A stretch of DNA of 46,832 nt from Nemertoderma westbladi (taxonomy: Eukaryota > Animalia > Xenacoelomorpha). Of this stretch, positions 1-10,538 are shown piece by piece (position 1 is the first letter of the stretch; each line of letters opens with the position of its first letter). The notes under the pieces were generated by a model. That model searched no databases. It was not told where the DNA came from and saw only the letters and a list, made by a program, of their open reading frames with translations. A program made the position numbers and the translations under genes. The DNA lies in assembly GCA_032718475.1 (NCBI GenBank), contig JAUCBJ010008514.1, positions 1-46,832 on the forward strand, given 5' to 3'.

Positions 1-3000
1 GCTAGATTTCTTGGCCCTCTCTACCTTGTTTTTATCCCCTATAACCAGAGTAATATCGCGATCCTTATTTAAACGCGTAGTTTTCTTTTGGTCAGCAGGT
101 TTCACATCGGGCTGAGTTTCAGGCACTACGGTTACCTTTATAGGCGATGGCGGTTTTGTTGCTCCGGATCGAATCCTTTTAGATTCGGGTTTCCTTGCCG
201 TCGTCACATCGGCGGACGTTGATTGTCGCGGCGATTTCAATGCGACGGATTTCTTTGGTTCGGTATTTGAAGTTTGTGAAGAAGTCGACGCCGATTTCGA
301 TGGCTGTTTAGTTGACGGTTTTTTCGAAAAAACCAACTTCTTGGAGGATTTCCTATCTGTATTTAGAACGGGAGACGACGCCGTCTTTGCGGGAAGCAGA
401 CCCCCTTCGGGTAACTTCTTACTCTTCCTAAGTTCCTCAGTAAACTGGTCGATAATGCTCTGGGGAAGATACAAGGCGTTGTTGGAACGTTTCCGGTCAA
501 CCGGCGTGTAGAGGTACTTGGGTAACATCGGGTCACCGGTGTACTCTATGCTAGAATGCTGCGACGATTTCAACTGTACGTGATGACTAACTAGATCACA
601 AACGGCGTACAGTTTGGCGTTATCAACTTCGCTATCGGGGTCATTAACGTCCTTGCAATGCTTTATGTTGTCAACCATCTTCATGAGGAAGCTGAAGTTG
701 AAGGTGTCGGCGGCGATTAATGGATCCAGAATGAGGGCGACACACTTCCGTAGAAGGATGAGTCGATCGGCGGAGGTTAAGGGGTCGTCCAGCTGTCCGT
801 CGTGGGCGAGGAGGTAGACGAGATGCGGGACGACGTAGTCCGGGAGAAGTTCCGCCATCTCGTCGGCGGTTGTTGCCGCTTGGAGACGCAACTGGGCACG
901 TCGCAACGCAAACATCCGCTCAATTATCCGCTTACACGTGTCGACCCGGGTGGGGTTCCTATCGAAGACCGCGTAGGCGAACAGCGCAATGTATCGGAGC
1001 GGGAGGTAGGGTTGGAAGGTTAGCAGACGGTAGAGACGGGACTGTATCTGCGTGCGGACCTGTAGGTAGTCGTCGGTGACGAGGTAGGCGAGTTTGCACC
1101 ACTGCAGCGGGTGCAGATGGCTCTCGTAGCAGGGCTCCCCCGCTAGACGCAGCAACTGCTTCCCCGCGGCCATCCGCAGATGGGCAGCCTCCCAGGGGGC
1201 CACCAGTCCCGTCTCCATCAGGTCCCCGTGGTTCACTATCAGCGTGGTGAGCAACCGAAACGTCGGCATGAGATTCACGTGGGTCCCGTCCTTCAACCCC
1301 AACAACCACAGTACTAGCAGCTTCATACTCCGTATCTTGGCTTTGTACTCGATATCCAAGTCGCCCTTCTCCACCCATTTAACTAGTTCCCCCTCGGCAA
1401 TAACCGGTGGATTTGTCCTTCTGTCTTTCATAAGGATTCCTTTCACGCAGCTGTTAGTAACTAAACTTTTCATATTGTGAACCTTCAGCGGTACGTAGTA
1501 GGCGATGTGGCCAACCGCGGATAGATGAGCTAATAAATTTGGATTATTGTAATCCAATTTATCTTTAAGCCCCATGTATATACGTTCTAGAATCTCCTCA
1601 CCTTTGGTGGAGCAGAGCTTAACGAAGCACTGGACGGCATACTTGCTGGCTTTATCGTCGCTGCCTAGGAGTTTGGACTGAAGTCGCGGGAACAGCAACC
1701 CGACGGTACCCGCGTCCATCACACGTCCGACAACGGCGGCGATCGACGCGAATATCCGAAGGGTTGTCCGGGAGACGAGCAGGTCGGAGGAGACCAGCCA
1801 GACGGTGAGGGTCACGAAGGTGTCCCGATGGAGGAAGATGTGGGGGTTGGCGGAGGCGAGACGATGTATGAACTGGATGTGTTCGACGACGCCACGGCTG
1901 TGCTCCTCCGGTTGGCTCCCGTTGGGTTTGATCTGGGAGTGAACGAGTCGCACCAACGTCGTCATCGACTCTACGTCCAACATCAGTGGCGCGACCCGCT
2001 CCAACAACGTCCGTATCAACTCGTAGTAGGGCGTGGGGTTGAGTCCATCCCCTATGCGGACGCACACAGCTCGGATCGCGTTCTCCGCCATCTTACAGGT
2101 GCACTGAGGGGAGACCAGAACATCCAGATTCTTGGACATCTGTTTGTCCGACTGGAGTTGCACGTAGAGCTTCTTGAGGTGCTCCTGGGCGCGATTCGCC
2201 TCAGGGAAGAATCCCGCCAGCGACTGGACGCACGTCTTTACTTGGTGGTTGGCCTGGGAGCCCTCCGCGTTGCCTAGGAACCGTAGCAACGCCTGCAGAT
2301 GGTAACGAACGCGACTCTGGATCTGGAATATCTGATTGAGACACTTGGAGGCGCATTCGTCGAGGGCGGATTGGAACGCTAACAGACGTTCCATACGTTC
2401 CACTTCGCCGAGGCTGTAAGGAACCAAGGAGGTGCAGAAGATCCTCTCGATGAGAATCCGGTCGTCATTATTCTCGCAGCGGTAGAGACCGAGGAGTTGG
2501 TTCTTGACGTTGTTGACAGCTTCGAGTAGTTCCGTGTGTTCCGGAGTGCTGGGAGCCACCGGGTTGTGTTGACTCCGCTTGTAGATGAGCCCGAGACCCA
2601 GACAAGCCTCCGAGCGGACCTTCCACTTGGTGTCACGGCTGCGCTGGACCAGGAGGCCCAGGATGTTGGCATTGATTGCGTAGAGGTTGCGTTTGGCGAC
2701 GGTTACGATTGTGCTGGCGAGCTCCAACCTCACCGACTCATCGGGGTCCACATTGCGACCGACCAACTCCGGCTCCAGGTCCGGCAGCAACTCCGGATGG
2801 GCGATGAGACACCGCGCAGCGAATGATGTCATCTCCTTGCGAACCATTGCCGATATATCGCGGAACCGACCCAGGAAACACTTCCAAAGCGGCTTATTCT
2901 CCTCCGCTAAATTAGAGTCTTTTTTACAAAAGATAGTCGAGAGTACCTTAAAGACCCGAAGTCTTTCCTTTAGCTCCGGGACCTTTAACTTAATCTCGAG

Positions 3001-3852
3001 TTGCGGGAGGGTGGTGGTGAGAACCCCGGGGGAGATATCGTACAGCTCGATGATACACTCGTACATCTGGTCCTGGGTGAGCACGCTTCCAGCCTCATCC
3101 GTGTGCTCCTGCAGACCGAAGGCTATCTGATCGAACATTGTGTTGATGCAGGAGGCTAGGACGCCGGCGGTGCGACGGACCAGGTCGGCTGCCAGACTGC
3201 GACTAGCGTCACCCGCCGCTAGCAACAGCTGCTGGAGGATTATATCGAGTACCGGCTGACTGACAGAATCGCTCTCAACGATCATGTGTTGCAGTAAGTC
3301 GAGGAAGTAGGAACGAACCTTGTTAGAGTGCTCCGAGCTGTAAGTCTTAAAGACCATGTCAAATAAATTCTCAATCACATCTTGGCTAGACTTTTCATCG
3401 AGAGACCAAACAATATTAAAAGTCTTTACTTGGCTGACGGCCTCCAGTAAATAAAAGTATCGATCAAAAGACGGATTGTTTGTGTCTTTTATACGAGAGA
3501 TTATGACAATAAACTGATTGAGTATCGTCCTAATGCGAATAGCATCTTGGAATGGTTCATCCGGCGCAAAGATTCTCAGGATATCCGCCAGAGCGCACGC
3601 TGTCAGCAGCTGAACCTTGCGATCTTTGTGAGAAAGAAACGCAGGTTCCGATAGGTGCCACGCCAATGGTTGGTAGAGTATGTTTGTAACATCCTGACTT
3701 AGTTCGGACAGTTGTTTACAGCAGTTCTTCAGTCTGGTGTACAACTCCTCTGTGTTTAAACTCGCACTAATGGGCTTTACATTCGGAGGATAAGTTATGT
3801 CGTAATCCCTTTCATCAGCTTGTTTCGCTCCACCTTTATTCCTTCGACTCAT
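1..3852 (-). CDS. PDS5: Sister chromatid cohesion protein PDS5 homolog (HEAT-repeat cohesin cofactor); single uninterrupted reading frame of at least 1284 codons, 3' end outside the window
   Basis: Hand translation from the ATG at 3852 gives MSRRNKGGAKQADERDYDITYPPNVKPIS...LAWHLSEPAFLSHKDRKVQLLTACALADILRIFAPDEPF...NPSFDRYFYLLEAVSQVKTFNI. This matches the PDS5A/B N-terminus ([47 protein letters not shown]). The same frame near 1440-1650 gives KYAVQCFVKLCS...LSAVGHIAYYVP..KSLV, matching the PDS5 AKYAIHC...IGHIA...KSLV segment. The tail is K/S-rich. The ORF track lists nothing in this frame, as expected if no stop occurs before the edge. Confidence 0.95.
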   Translation of the reverse strand, partial: MSRRNKGGAKQADERDYDITYPPNVKPISASLNTEELYTRLKNCCKQLSELSQDVTNILYQPLAWHLSEPAFLSHKDRKVQLLTACALADILRIFAPDEPFQDAIRIRTILNQFIVIISRIKDTNNPSFDRYFYLLEAVSQVKTFNIVWSLDEKSSQDVIENLFDMVFKTYSSEHSNKVRSYFLDLLQHMIVESDSVSQPVLDIILQQLLLAAGDASRSLAADLVRRTAGVLASCINTMFDQIAFGLQEHTDEAGSVLTQDQMYECIIELYDISPGVLTTTLPQLEIKLKVPELKERLRVFKVLSTIFCKKDSNLAEENKPLWKCFLGRFRDISAMVRKEMTSFAARCLIAHPELLPDLEPELVGRNVDPDESVRLELASTIVTVAKRNLYAINANILGLLVQRSRDTKWKVRSEACLGLGLIYKRSQHNPVAPSTPEHTELLEAVNNVKNQLLGLYRCENNDDRILIERIFCTSLVPYSLGEVERMERLLAFQSALDECASKCLNQIFQIQSRVRYHLQALLRFLGNAEGSQANHQVKTCVQSLAGFFPEANRAQEHLKKLYVQLQSDKQMSKNLDVLVSPQCTCKMAENAIRAVCVRIGDGLNPTPYYELIRTLLERVAPLMLDVESMTTLVRLVHSQIKPNGSQPEEHSRGVVEHIQFIHRLASANPHIFLHRDTFVTLTVWLVSSDLLVSRTTLRIFASIAAVVGRVMDAGTVGLLFPRLQSKLLGSDDKASKYAVQCFVKLCSTKGEEILERIYMGLKDKLDYNNPNLLAHLSAVGHIAYYVPLKVHNMKSLVTNSCVKGILMKDRRTNPPVIAEGELVKWVEKGDLDIEYKAKIRSMKLLVLWLLGLKDGTHVNLMPTFRLLTTLIVNHGDLMETGLVAPWEAAHLRMAAGKQLLRLAGEPCYESHLHPLQWCKLAYLVTDDYLQVRTQIQSRLYRLLTFQPYLPLRYIALFAYAVFDRNPTRVDTCKRIIERMFALRRAQLRLQAATTADEMAELLPDYVVPHLVYLLAHDGQLDDPLTSADRLILLRKCVALILDPLIAADTFNFSFLMKMVDNIKHCKDVNDPDSEVDNAKLYAVCDLVSHHVQLKSSQHSSIEYTGDPMLPKYLYTPVDRKRSNNALYLPQSIIDQFTEELRKSKKLPEGGLLPAKTASSPVLNTDRKSSKKLVFSKKPSTKQPSKSASTSSQTSNTEPKKSVALKSPRQSTSADVTTARKPESKRIRSGATKPPSPIKVTVVPETQPDVKPADQKKTTRLNKDRDITLVIGDKNKVERAKKSS

Positions 3853-4132
3853 CGCAGGTTTCCAATTAATTTTTAAAGTTTTATTTTAAATTTTAATTTA
3901 ATTAAGTTATGCCTGTAAGTTTTAATGTTTTATATGCGAATATATCAAGAACAGAAAACGTCGCAATCAAATAACAGTTTAATGAGTAGAGTAGGTATGG
4001 TACCGTCCGGCATCCGTACTGTACATACTACTGGACTGAACTGACATAAGTGAATGATAATTTCAATACTACATGACTACCGGTACAGTACTGCAATAGG
4101 CTGATAGGCATATAGTAGTATAGAATATAGAG

Positions 4133-4267
4133 GGTCCGACGAATTTGTACAAAAAAGTACAAAAAAATACAAAATAGTACAATATAGTACAAAAGAATAC
4201 AAAAGAGTACAATAAAGTGCAAAAATAGTACAAAAGAGTGCAAAAATAAGTACAAAAGAGTACAAAC
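4133..4267 (+). repeat. Left arm of a long inverted repeat (GGTCCGACGAA followed by GTACAAAA-type sub-repeats); partner at 10539-10663
   Basis: Its reverse complement aligns with 10539-10663 apart from small insertions and substitutions. Confidence 0.85.
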
Positions 4268-4322
4268 GATTGAGGTGTTCCCATCATTTCATACTGAACT
4301 GACCACAGAACCAAGGGTGTTG

Positions 4323-4452
4323 GTCACCTCGCCGCACTGCCACTTCGCCGCAGGTCACCTCGCCGCAGATAATGTGCGGCGAGGTGTCTTTGCGGCGGGG
4401 TGTCTCACTGTGAATGCCATTTCGCCGCAAATTATCGGACACCTCGCCGCAA
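4323..4452. repeat. Cluster of CAC(C/T)TCGCCGCA motifs in both orientations; probable MITE remnant
   Basis: About five forward copies plus inverted TGCGGCGAGGTG copies. Confidence 0.5.
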
Positions 4453-4945
4453 GTCAATATTAATCATTTATTTCAATATTTACAGGGAAGCCTAGTTATG
4501 GCAGTATGGAAGAGATAATATAAGAAGAAATATAAGAAATATAAGATAGAAATATAAGAAGAAATAAAATAATACGGTCAGGCGGTAAGGTTTGTTGTTC
4601 TATTATAATTACTGTATTATTATAGATAGTAGATACACAGTAAGAGTATTTGACTAACGTATTAAAAATGCCTCGAGAATAGTGAAAAAAAGTTCTACTT
4701 TTTTCCAATGTAATAAATAATTATTTGTTGGAATTTCTTAAATTTGTCCTGGCGATTTGGTAGTGCGATATTAATTCCACACAAATAAATAAAATAGGTA
4801 ATGTAAGAAATTAAAAAAAATTATAATATTTAATGCAATATTATTGATTATTATTAATGTCATGGAAATTAATTTGAAATGTAATTCGACCATAATTTTG
4901 CTCTTAACAAAAAAAGTGACTGACAACAAATATAAGTATATCAAT

Positions 4946-5043
4946 CCACTAAGAACATTACATTTGTAAATAAGATTTAACATAAACATACAGTATTAAC
5001 CTTATTATTACATTATGTTGCCTTACTTCCGTTTCCGTACTTA
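4946..5043 (+). repeat. Diverged dispersed direct repeat; second copy at about 9457-9560
   Basis: Both copies share CCACTAAGAACATTACATTT...TAAACATACAGTAT...TTACATTATG...TTCCGTTTCCGTACTTA. Confidence 0.75.
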
Positions 5044-6005
5044 GTTACCGGTACTGCATTACATACAATGTGTAACATTTCAGTTACAGTTACAGTTTCA
5101 GTATTAAAAAATTAAGCATTTCAGTTACAGTTACAGTTTTGATCCTGATAAAATTTCAGTTACAGTTTCAGTTATAGATTCAATATATTATCCCATATAG
5201 TAAGCAGTCATTGAAATAATGTCAGTCTCATCGGGGTGGGGTGCAGTGCAGTCACAAAAAGTCATGAAAAAAAGTTATCTAAAAAAAAGACGAGTCACTT
5301 TAATATATTACAGAAATACACTAATTATAGGCCTAATAATGTTCATTGCGAAAATGCTTCTTTATAGAGAGCTATAGGTTGTAGTTGTTGTATGAAAGAG
5401 GGTGTGAGCGTATTCAATTCCGCCACATCTTAGCCCCATAAAGTGAGGTTTAAGCAATATTGGAACTACAAGGTTGATTACCAATCAACCTTGTATCACC
5501 CCAATAAGCGGGGACAATAGGCCCCAAGGGAACACACACAGCGGGGGTCAGAGGTTCACCTCCGGGAGAGAGAGAGAGAGATAGCAACAGGGGGAAACAC
5601 ACCCAGGGAAATAGAAGGGCGACAACAGGGTTATTAGCCAATGGGGGGAAGGCATCGGCTGAGTAGTGTTATGCGGCCAACCGTGCAATATATATTACCA
5701 GTCTTTATGTCATTTGTCCAGTTATCCCAGTACAGTCAGGCAGTACGGTGACAGTTAAGACCGTCATCGCCGTCACCTATATTACCGGTTATCTCAGTTC
5801 AGTTTACACAATCTGTATGCTATCACATATTTATCTAGCCTATATTATTAAGAACGTTGGAACAACGAACTATCACCTTTTCCATCACACGGTGCGGCTG
5901 ATGCGTACACAAACAACACCGGATAAACCGGGATCCTCTCGGATCCTGTCACAGTCTTAACTCTAGGCCTGCCGAACTGTGACTAATAGCCACTGAAAGA
6001 CCAAG

Positions 6006-6407
6006 ATGAGTCGGACAGGAGAGACGACACCGCCGCGGACCCCGGACGGCGATCTAACGATCCGCGAGGCCGCGATGAGACTGTATGGACCCACGATGCC
6101 AGACCCATCGGTAACGGGCGATCCGGCGATCCAAGATGAGGGGGGCCGTCTACAACCGGAGAGCGAGTCGAGAGAAGGAGGAGACGAGTCGGGAGGAGAG
6201 AGAGACGAGTCGACACACGACGGCGGTCGACGTGCCGATGTCGCCGGCCAGCCACAGGCCGAGGGCGACGAACAGTCCACCGGAACGGCGACGGTGGGGC
6301 CGACGGTACGACGCCGGACCCGGAGAGATAGAGGAGACGTCGGCGACAAGGACGTCGGGGTCAGCGATCGACTTCAGCAAACGGACTATGTCATCGATGT
6401 GTGGTAG
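6006..6407 (+). CDS. Hypothetical 133-aa acidic, probably disordered ORF inside the 5929-8224 element
   Basis: ATG-initiated ORF beginning about 60 nt inside the element; no recognisable domain. Confidence 0.25.
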   Translation: MSRTGETTPPRTPDGDLTIREAAMRLYGPTMPDPSVTGDPAIQDEGGRLQPESESREGGDESGGERDESTHDGGRRADVAGQPQAEGDEQSTGTATVGPTVRRRTRRDRGDVGDKDVGVSDRLQQTDYVIDVW

Positions 6408-7111
6408 AAGGACACAGATCCGGAGAGTGTAGAGAAACACCAGCTGCAAGCACGACAGTGGCAAGAAAGAAGAGAAAAGTACTACCCGAGGAAGTAACAA
6501 TTAGAGAGTGGGCGGGGGAGAATGGATATCCCAGCAAGTATCGGTATGGAGATAGAGAGGAACGGACGGGAAGATGTCCGGAGGACAAACTGGAGGAGTG
6601 TCCAGTGGAGTGTCAGGAGGACAATGGTCCGGAGGAATGTTCAGAGGAGTGTCCGGAAGAGATGCCGGTCCGGTTTAGAGGCATACCGATAAGGGGGAGG
6701 TCGAGTAAGAAGACAATATGGAAAGGGAGAGGATGTGAGAGGATTAGACCAGGGGCAGAGAGGTCCGTGGGTGGACATAACAAAGGACTCAGGAAAGCAG
6801 GAGGCGTGTTGCATACGCACGCGGGACTGACAGAGTGCGAGGGGGCATTACATGGGCAGACGTCGTGTATACCGAAGGACGGACGGGGGTCATCGAGGCC
6901 TTTAATGCCAGCGCACATACTAAGGGGGAGGCCAGCAGAGGTAGTGTCTAAGAAAGTGTGGCGAAGAGTAAGAGGACGTATAGGAGGGCAGTGGGAGAGT
7001 GCCTACTGGAAGAAGGGGCACCTTAGAGTTTTAGTCGTCCAATGTTTTGGACTGAGGGGGGTGGGAATGAGGGCGAGACGCCCTTCCCACGCAAAATCAT
7101 TATTTAATTAA
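6401..7111 (+). CDS. Hypothetical 236-aa ORF (ECPEE repeats, basic C-terminus) inside the 5929-8224 element
   Basis: Longest ORF in the element, overlapping the previous one, followed directly by AATAAA-rich sequence. Non-ATG start and no recognisable domain. Confidence 0.25.
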   Translation: MVEGHRSGECRETPAASTTVARKKRKVLPEEVTIREWAGENGYPSKYRYGDREERTGRCPEDKLEECPVECQEDNGPEECSEECPEEMPVRFRGIPIRGRSSKKTIWKGRGCERIRPGAERSVGGHNKGLRKAGGVLHTHAGLTECEGALHGQTSCIPKDGRGSSRPLMPAHILRGRPAEVVSKKVWRRVRGRIGGQWESAYWKKGHLRVLVVQCFGLRGVGMRARRPSHAKSLFN

Positions 7112-7139
7112 AATAAATAATAAAAATAATTAAATAATA

Positions 7140-8180
7140 AATAAGTAGAAAGTCAGAAAGTAAGTAGATAGCTAGTTAAGTTAGAAGAGTTAGAGGGTAC
7201 GTACGTAGTACCGTCAGTAGGCAGAAGTTAGTTAGTAAGAGGGTACGTAGTACCGTTAGTTAGTAGAGAGAGTTAGAGAAGTTGGTAAGAGGGTACATAG
7301 TACCGTTAGTAGAGAGAGTTAGAGGAGTTAGTAAGAGGGTACGTAGTACCGTTAGTTAGTAGAGAGAGTTAGAGAAGTTAGTGAGAGGATACGTAGTACC
7401 GTTAGTAGGTAGAAGTTAGGTAGTAAGAGAGTAGTACCGTTAGTTAGAAAGTTAGTAGAGCAGTAGAGGGTTGTGGGCACCATAAGCGCCACGTAGAAAG
7501 TAGTAGCAGTAGAGGTTGTGGGCACCGTAAGCGCCATGTAGGAAGTAGTAAGCAGAGTGGTTGTGGGCACTGCAAGCGCCACGTAGTTAGAGTTAGTAGG
7601 GGATGCGTTGAACTAAGTGGGGCACGGGCGTGATGACGTGTTTGATGTAAGAGCAGGGTATGTTAATTAGGGTGGGTGCCGGGCACAAGAGGTGCCGGGC
7701 ACAAGAGTTAGTAGTAGAGTTAGTTGAGTTAGTAGAGAGTTAGTAAGAGTTAGTAGTAGAGTTAGTTGAGTTAGTAGAGTTAGTAAGAGTTAGTAGTAGT
7801 TCACATAATTAACGTACCCACTCTGCCGGCACTCAGCTGCTCAGAGCGTCACGTGCAGGCGAGGAGTAGTAGAGAGGGCACATAGGGTGCCAGGTAGTAG
7901 AATAGTAGAGACGGGCACATAGGGTGCCAGGTAGTAGAGTTAGAGAGGTAGTAGAATAGTAGAGACGGGCACATAGGGTGCCAGGTAGTAGAGTTAGAGA
8001 GGTAGTAGAGTAGTAGAGAGGGCACATAGGGTGCCAGGTAGTAGAGTAGTAGAGAGGGCACATAGGGTGCCAGGTAGTAGAGTAGTAGAGACGGGCACAT
8101 AGGGTGCCAGATAGCAGAGTGGTTGTGGGCACCGCAAGCGCCACGTAGTTAGAAGAGTGGGTAGAGTTAGAGAGTTCTAG
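7140..8180 (+). repeat. Compound minisatellite (AGTAGT/AGTTAG units; GGGCACATAGGGTGCCAGG and GTGGGCACC...AAGCGCCAC sub-arrays)
   Basis: Visible tandem units. GGCAC-ATAGG-GTGCC forms a small hairpin repeated six times at about 7875-8110. Confidence 0.85.
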
Positions 8181-8464
8181 TTACGGTGAATTCTAGTGAC
8201 AGGATCCTCTCGGATCCCGTCACAGAGGGCCCTCTAAAATAATGTAATTATTGTTGTTATGGTAATTTATTTCTGGTAATTTTTCTCAATATTATCCATT
8301 ACACCATTAATCATCAATAATACATAATAATATATGTACATGTACAACACACAAGAGGGAGAGAGAGAGAGACTAAGGCCGGACCCATGTGAAGTATACA
8401 TGGCTTTCTTCTGTTATATTTCACTTTGCAGTTTACCTCCACCTAGCCTGTCTGGCTTACCTTA

Positions 8465-10000
8465 AGGCCCGTTCACATCCAACGGAACGGTACACCGCGC
8501 GGTGTACCGCAGGGCCAGCGGCCAGCCTGGAAAATGTTTGCAAAAATTAAAACGCGTTGTGCGCGGTAAAATAATGGGTGCGCGTGCGCGTGCGCAGAAA
8601 AGGCCAAAAACGTGCGCCGTGCGCCCACAGAGCAAGCCACATGTGCGCGCTTGCGCGCACATGGCATACGTGTACGCGCTTGCGCGCATATGGCGTGTGT
8701 GTGCGCGCTCTTGCGCGCCAAAAATTTTCCTGTTTTTCTGCACATATGCTGAAAACATATGTAAGTACGGAAATTTTAATTGACATATGTATTGTGTATT
8801 GTCTTGTATGTATTTATGTCGTCATATGCATTCGTGGCAGGTTATTTCAACTATTTCGTTTTCGATTTCCATACCTACATATGTTTTAAGCATGTTTAGA
8901 AAAACAGTTAATTTTTTAGTTCAAAATAATTTTTTATCATAACACTATTACTTGGCAAGGTAAATATGAAGGCGCCGTTAACGCCAAAAGGTCAGCAATA
9001 ATATTAAAGGTTTTAAAAAGAATATTAGAGAATTTCAAAACATATTTTCGGCCGAAATTTCGGCCGAAATATTTTGTTACATTTTTTCAGCTCTTTCATT
9101 TGATGTCATTTTCGGCCAAAATATTTTATTACATTTTTTCAGCTCTTTCATTTGATGTCATTTTCGGCCGAAATTTCGACTGAATTTTCGGCCGAAATAT
9201 ATTATTACATTTTTTCAGCTCTTCAATTTGATGTCATTTTTGGCCGAAATTTCGGTCGAGATTTCGGCCGAAAATGACATCAAATGAAAGAGCTGAACAA
9301 ATGTAAAAAAATAATTCGGCCGAAATTTCGGCCGAAAATATGTTTTGAAATTCTCTAATATTCTTTTTAAAACCTTTAATATTATTGCTGACCTTTAAAT
9401 AAACAAATAAAAGTACATAAATATGAATGTAAATATACAAATAAAAGTATATCATTCCACTAAGAACATTACATTTTTAATTCAGAACTGTGATCGGTTA
9501 ACCTAAACATACAGTATGACCTGATTACATTATGCTACCTTATTTCCGTTTCCGTACTTACTCTGGTCGCAGCATTTCCAAGAACTCCATGTACGCATTA
9601 TACATGTATGTAAATAGTTATTAGATTTCGCAATGAAATTTTTTATTCCAAAATTAAACTATAGAGAAATATACTGTAGGAGGCATAGGCCTACAATTTT
9701 AAATATAAATTTTTTTAATAAAACCTTTCATAACACCATAACGTCACACTTGTTTCCACACTTGTTTGTCACACTATCCTACCTTTTATTTTCGGGGTCT
9801 GGGGGTGCGCGGTTGAATTTTTTGGGTGCGCGGTTGAGATTTTTGGGGTGCGCGGTTAAGATTCTTGGGGTGCGCGATTTTTCTATATGGGATGGGAATG
9901 CGCGGTTGGCAATGAAGTGCGCGGGCAGCGGGCGTTGTGCGTGCCTGGGTGACTTTTTCCAGGCTGGGCCAGCGGTACACCGCTGACTCTGAACGACCCT
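8465..10000. mobile_element. Old non-autonomous TIR DNA transposon with PIF/Harbinger-like termini and a GCGC-rich interior
   Basis: Left end AGGCCCGTTCACA...GCGGTGTACCGC...CCAGCCTGGAAAA. The reverse complement of the right end is AGGGTCGTTCAGA...GCGGTGTACCGC...CCAGCCTGGAAAA. No clean target-site duplication (TSD). Confidence 0.6.
8987..9396. mobile_element. Foldback/MITE nested in the previous element; about 130-bp inverted arms around TTCGGCCGAA-containing tandem units
   Basis: AAAGGTCAGCAATAATATTAAAGG...TTCGGCCGAAATTTCGGCCGAA is perfectly inverted for about 80 bp and imperfectly beyond that. Confidence 0.85.
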
Positions 10001-10538
10001 CGTAGGCCTACGGTACTATCTAACCAATACTGAAGTACTGTCTGACTGTCAGACTGTATTTATCGTTCTTATTGTCTATCGCCTTGCTCGCTACGCTCGC
10101 ATGTTATTATTAAAATACTGTAGGGCTACAGCATTATAAACTGATAAATTATTACAATTCAACAATTACTGCAAAATTTCATTGTCGATTGTTAGCTTGG
10201 CGCGCATTGGATATCATGGCTGGCGCGATTTTCGTTTAACCAGAACGCGTGTGGCGCGCTTTTTGTCAGTCAGTCAGTATTCCATATAGGAGTCACAACA
10301 TACATCTAGTCATCTACTGTCAGACTGTATGCCAGTCGAAATCTACATGAATCAAAGTTCTGTCAATCATGTCATACTTGACCACAGAACCCCCTCTAGT
10401 GATTGACACTGTAACAGTGCATATTTCGGTGTCGTTGTATTTGCTTACAATTAATTATGTTTGTACACAAATATAGTGTATACTACACTGGTTTAGGGTT
10501 AGGCCCTACACGTTTTATAGGCTATGCGTTTCTCACTA

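Larger units (their letters stand above)
5929..8224. mobile_element. Unclassified 2.3-kb purine-skewed insertion bounded by palindromic GGATCC-TCTC-GGATCC sites
   Basis: The 16-bp direct repeat GGATCCTCTCGGATCC lies at 5931-5946 and 8202-8217. The interior starts TGTCAC (5947) and ends GTGACA (8201). Interior composition differs sharply from the flanks. Confidence 0.55.

Noticed and set aside
614-3130. Short ORFs on both strands listed in the track
   Set aside because: They are shadow frames of the GC-rich PDS5 coding sequence.
4028-4314. Hydrophobic F/Y/C/L-rich ORFs (also at 10457-10720)
   Set aside because: They are translations of the GTACAAAA repeat arms.
5385-5920. Possible solo LTR or tRNA-derived SINE (TGTTG/TGTTATG starts, TTCAATTCC)
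   Set aside because: No matching end, TSD, cloverleaf or A-box could be established.
7140-7800. AGTAGT/AGTTAG runs as telomeric repeats or Polinton termini
   Set aside because: Not a regular TTAGG(G) array, and no long TIR or Polinton genes are present.
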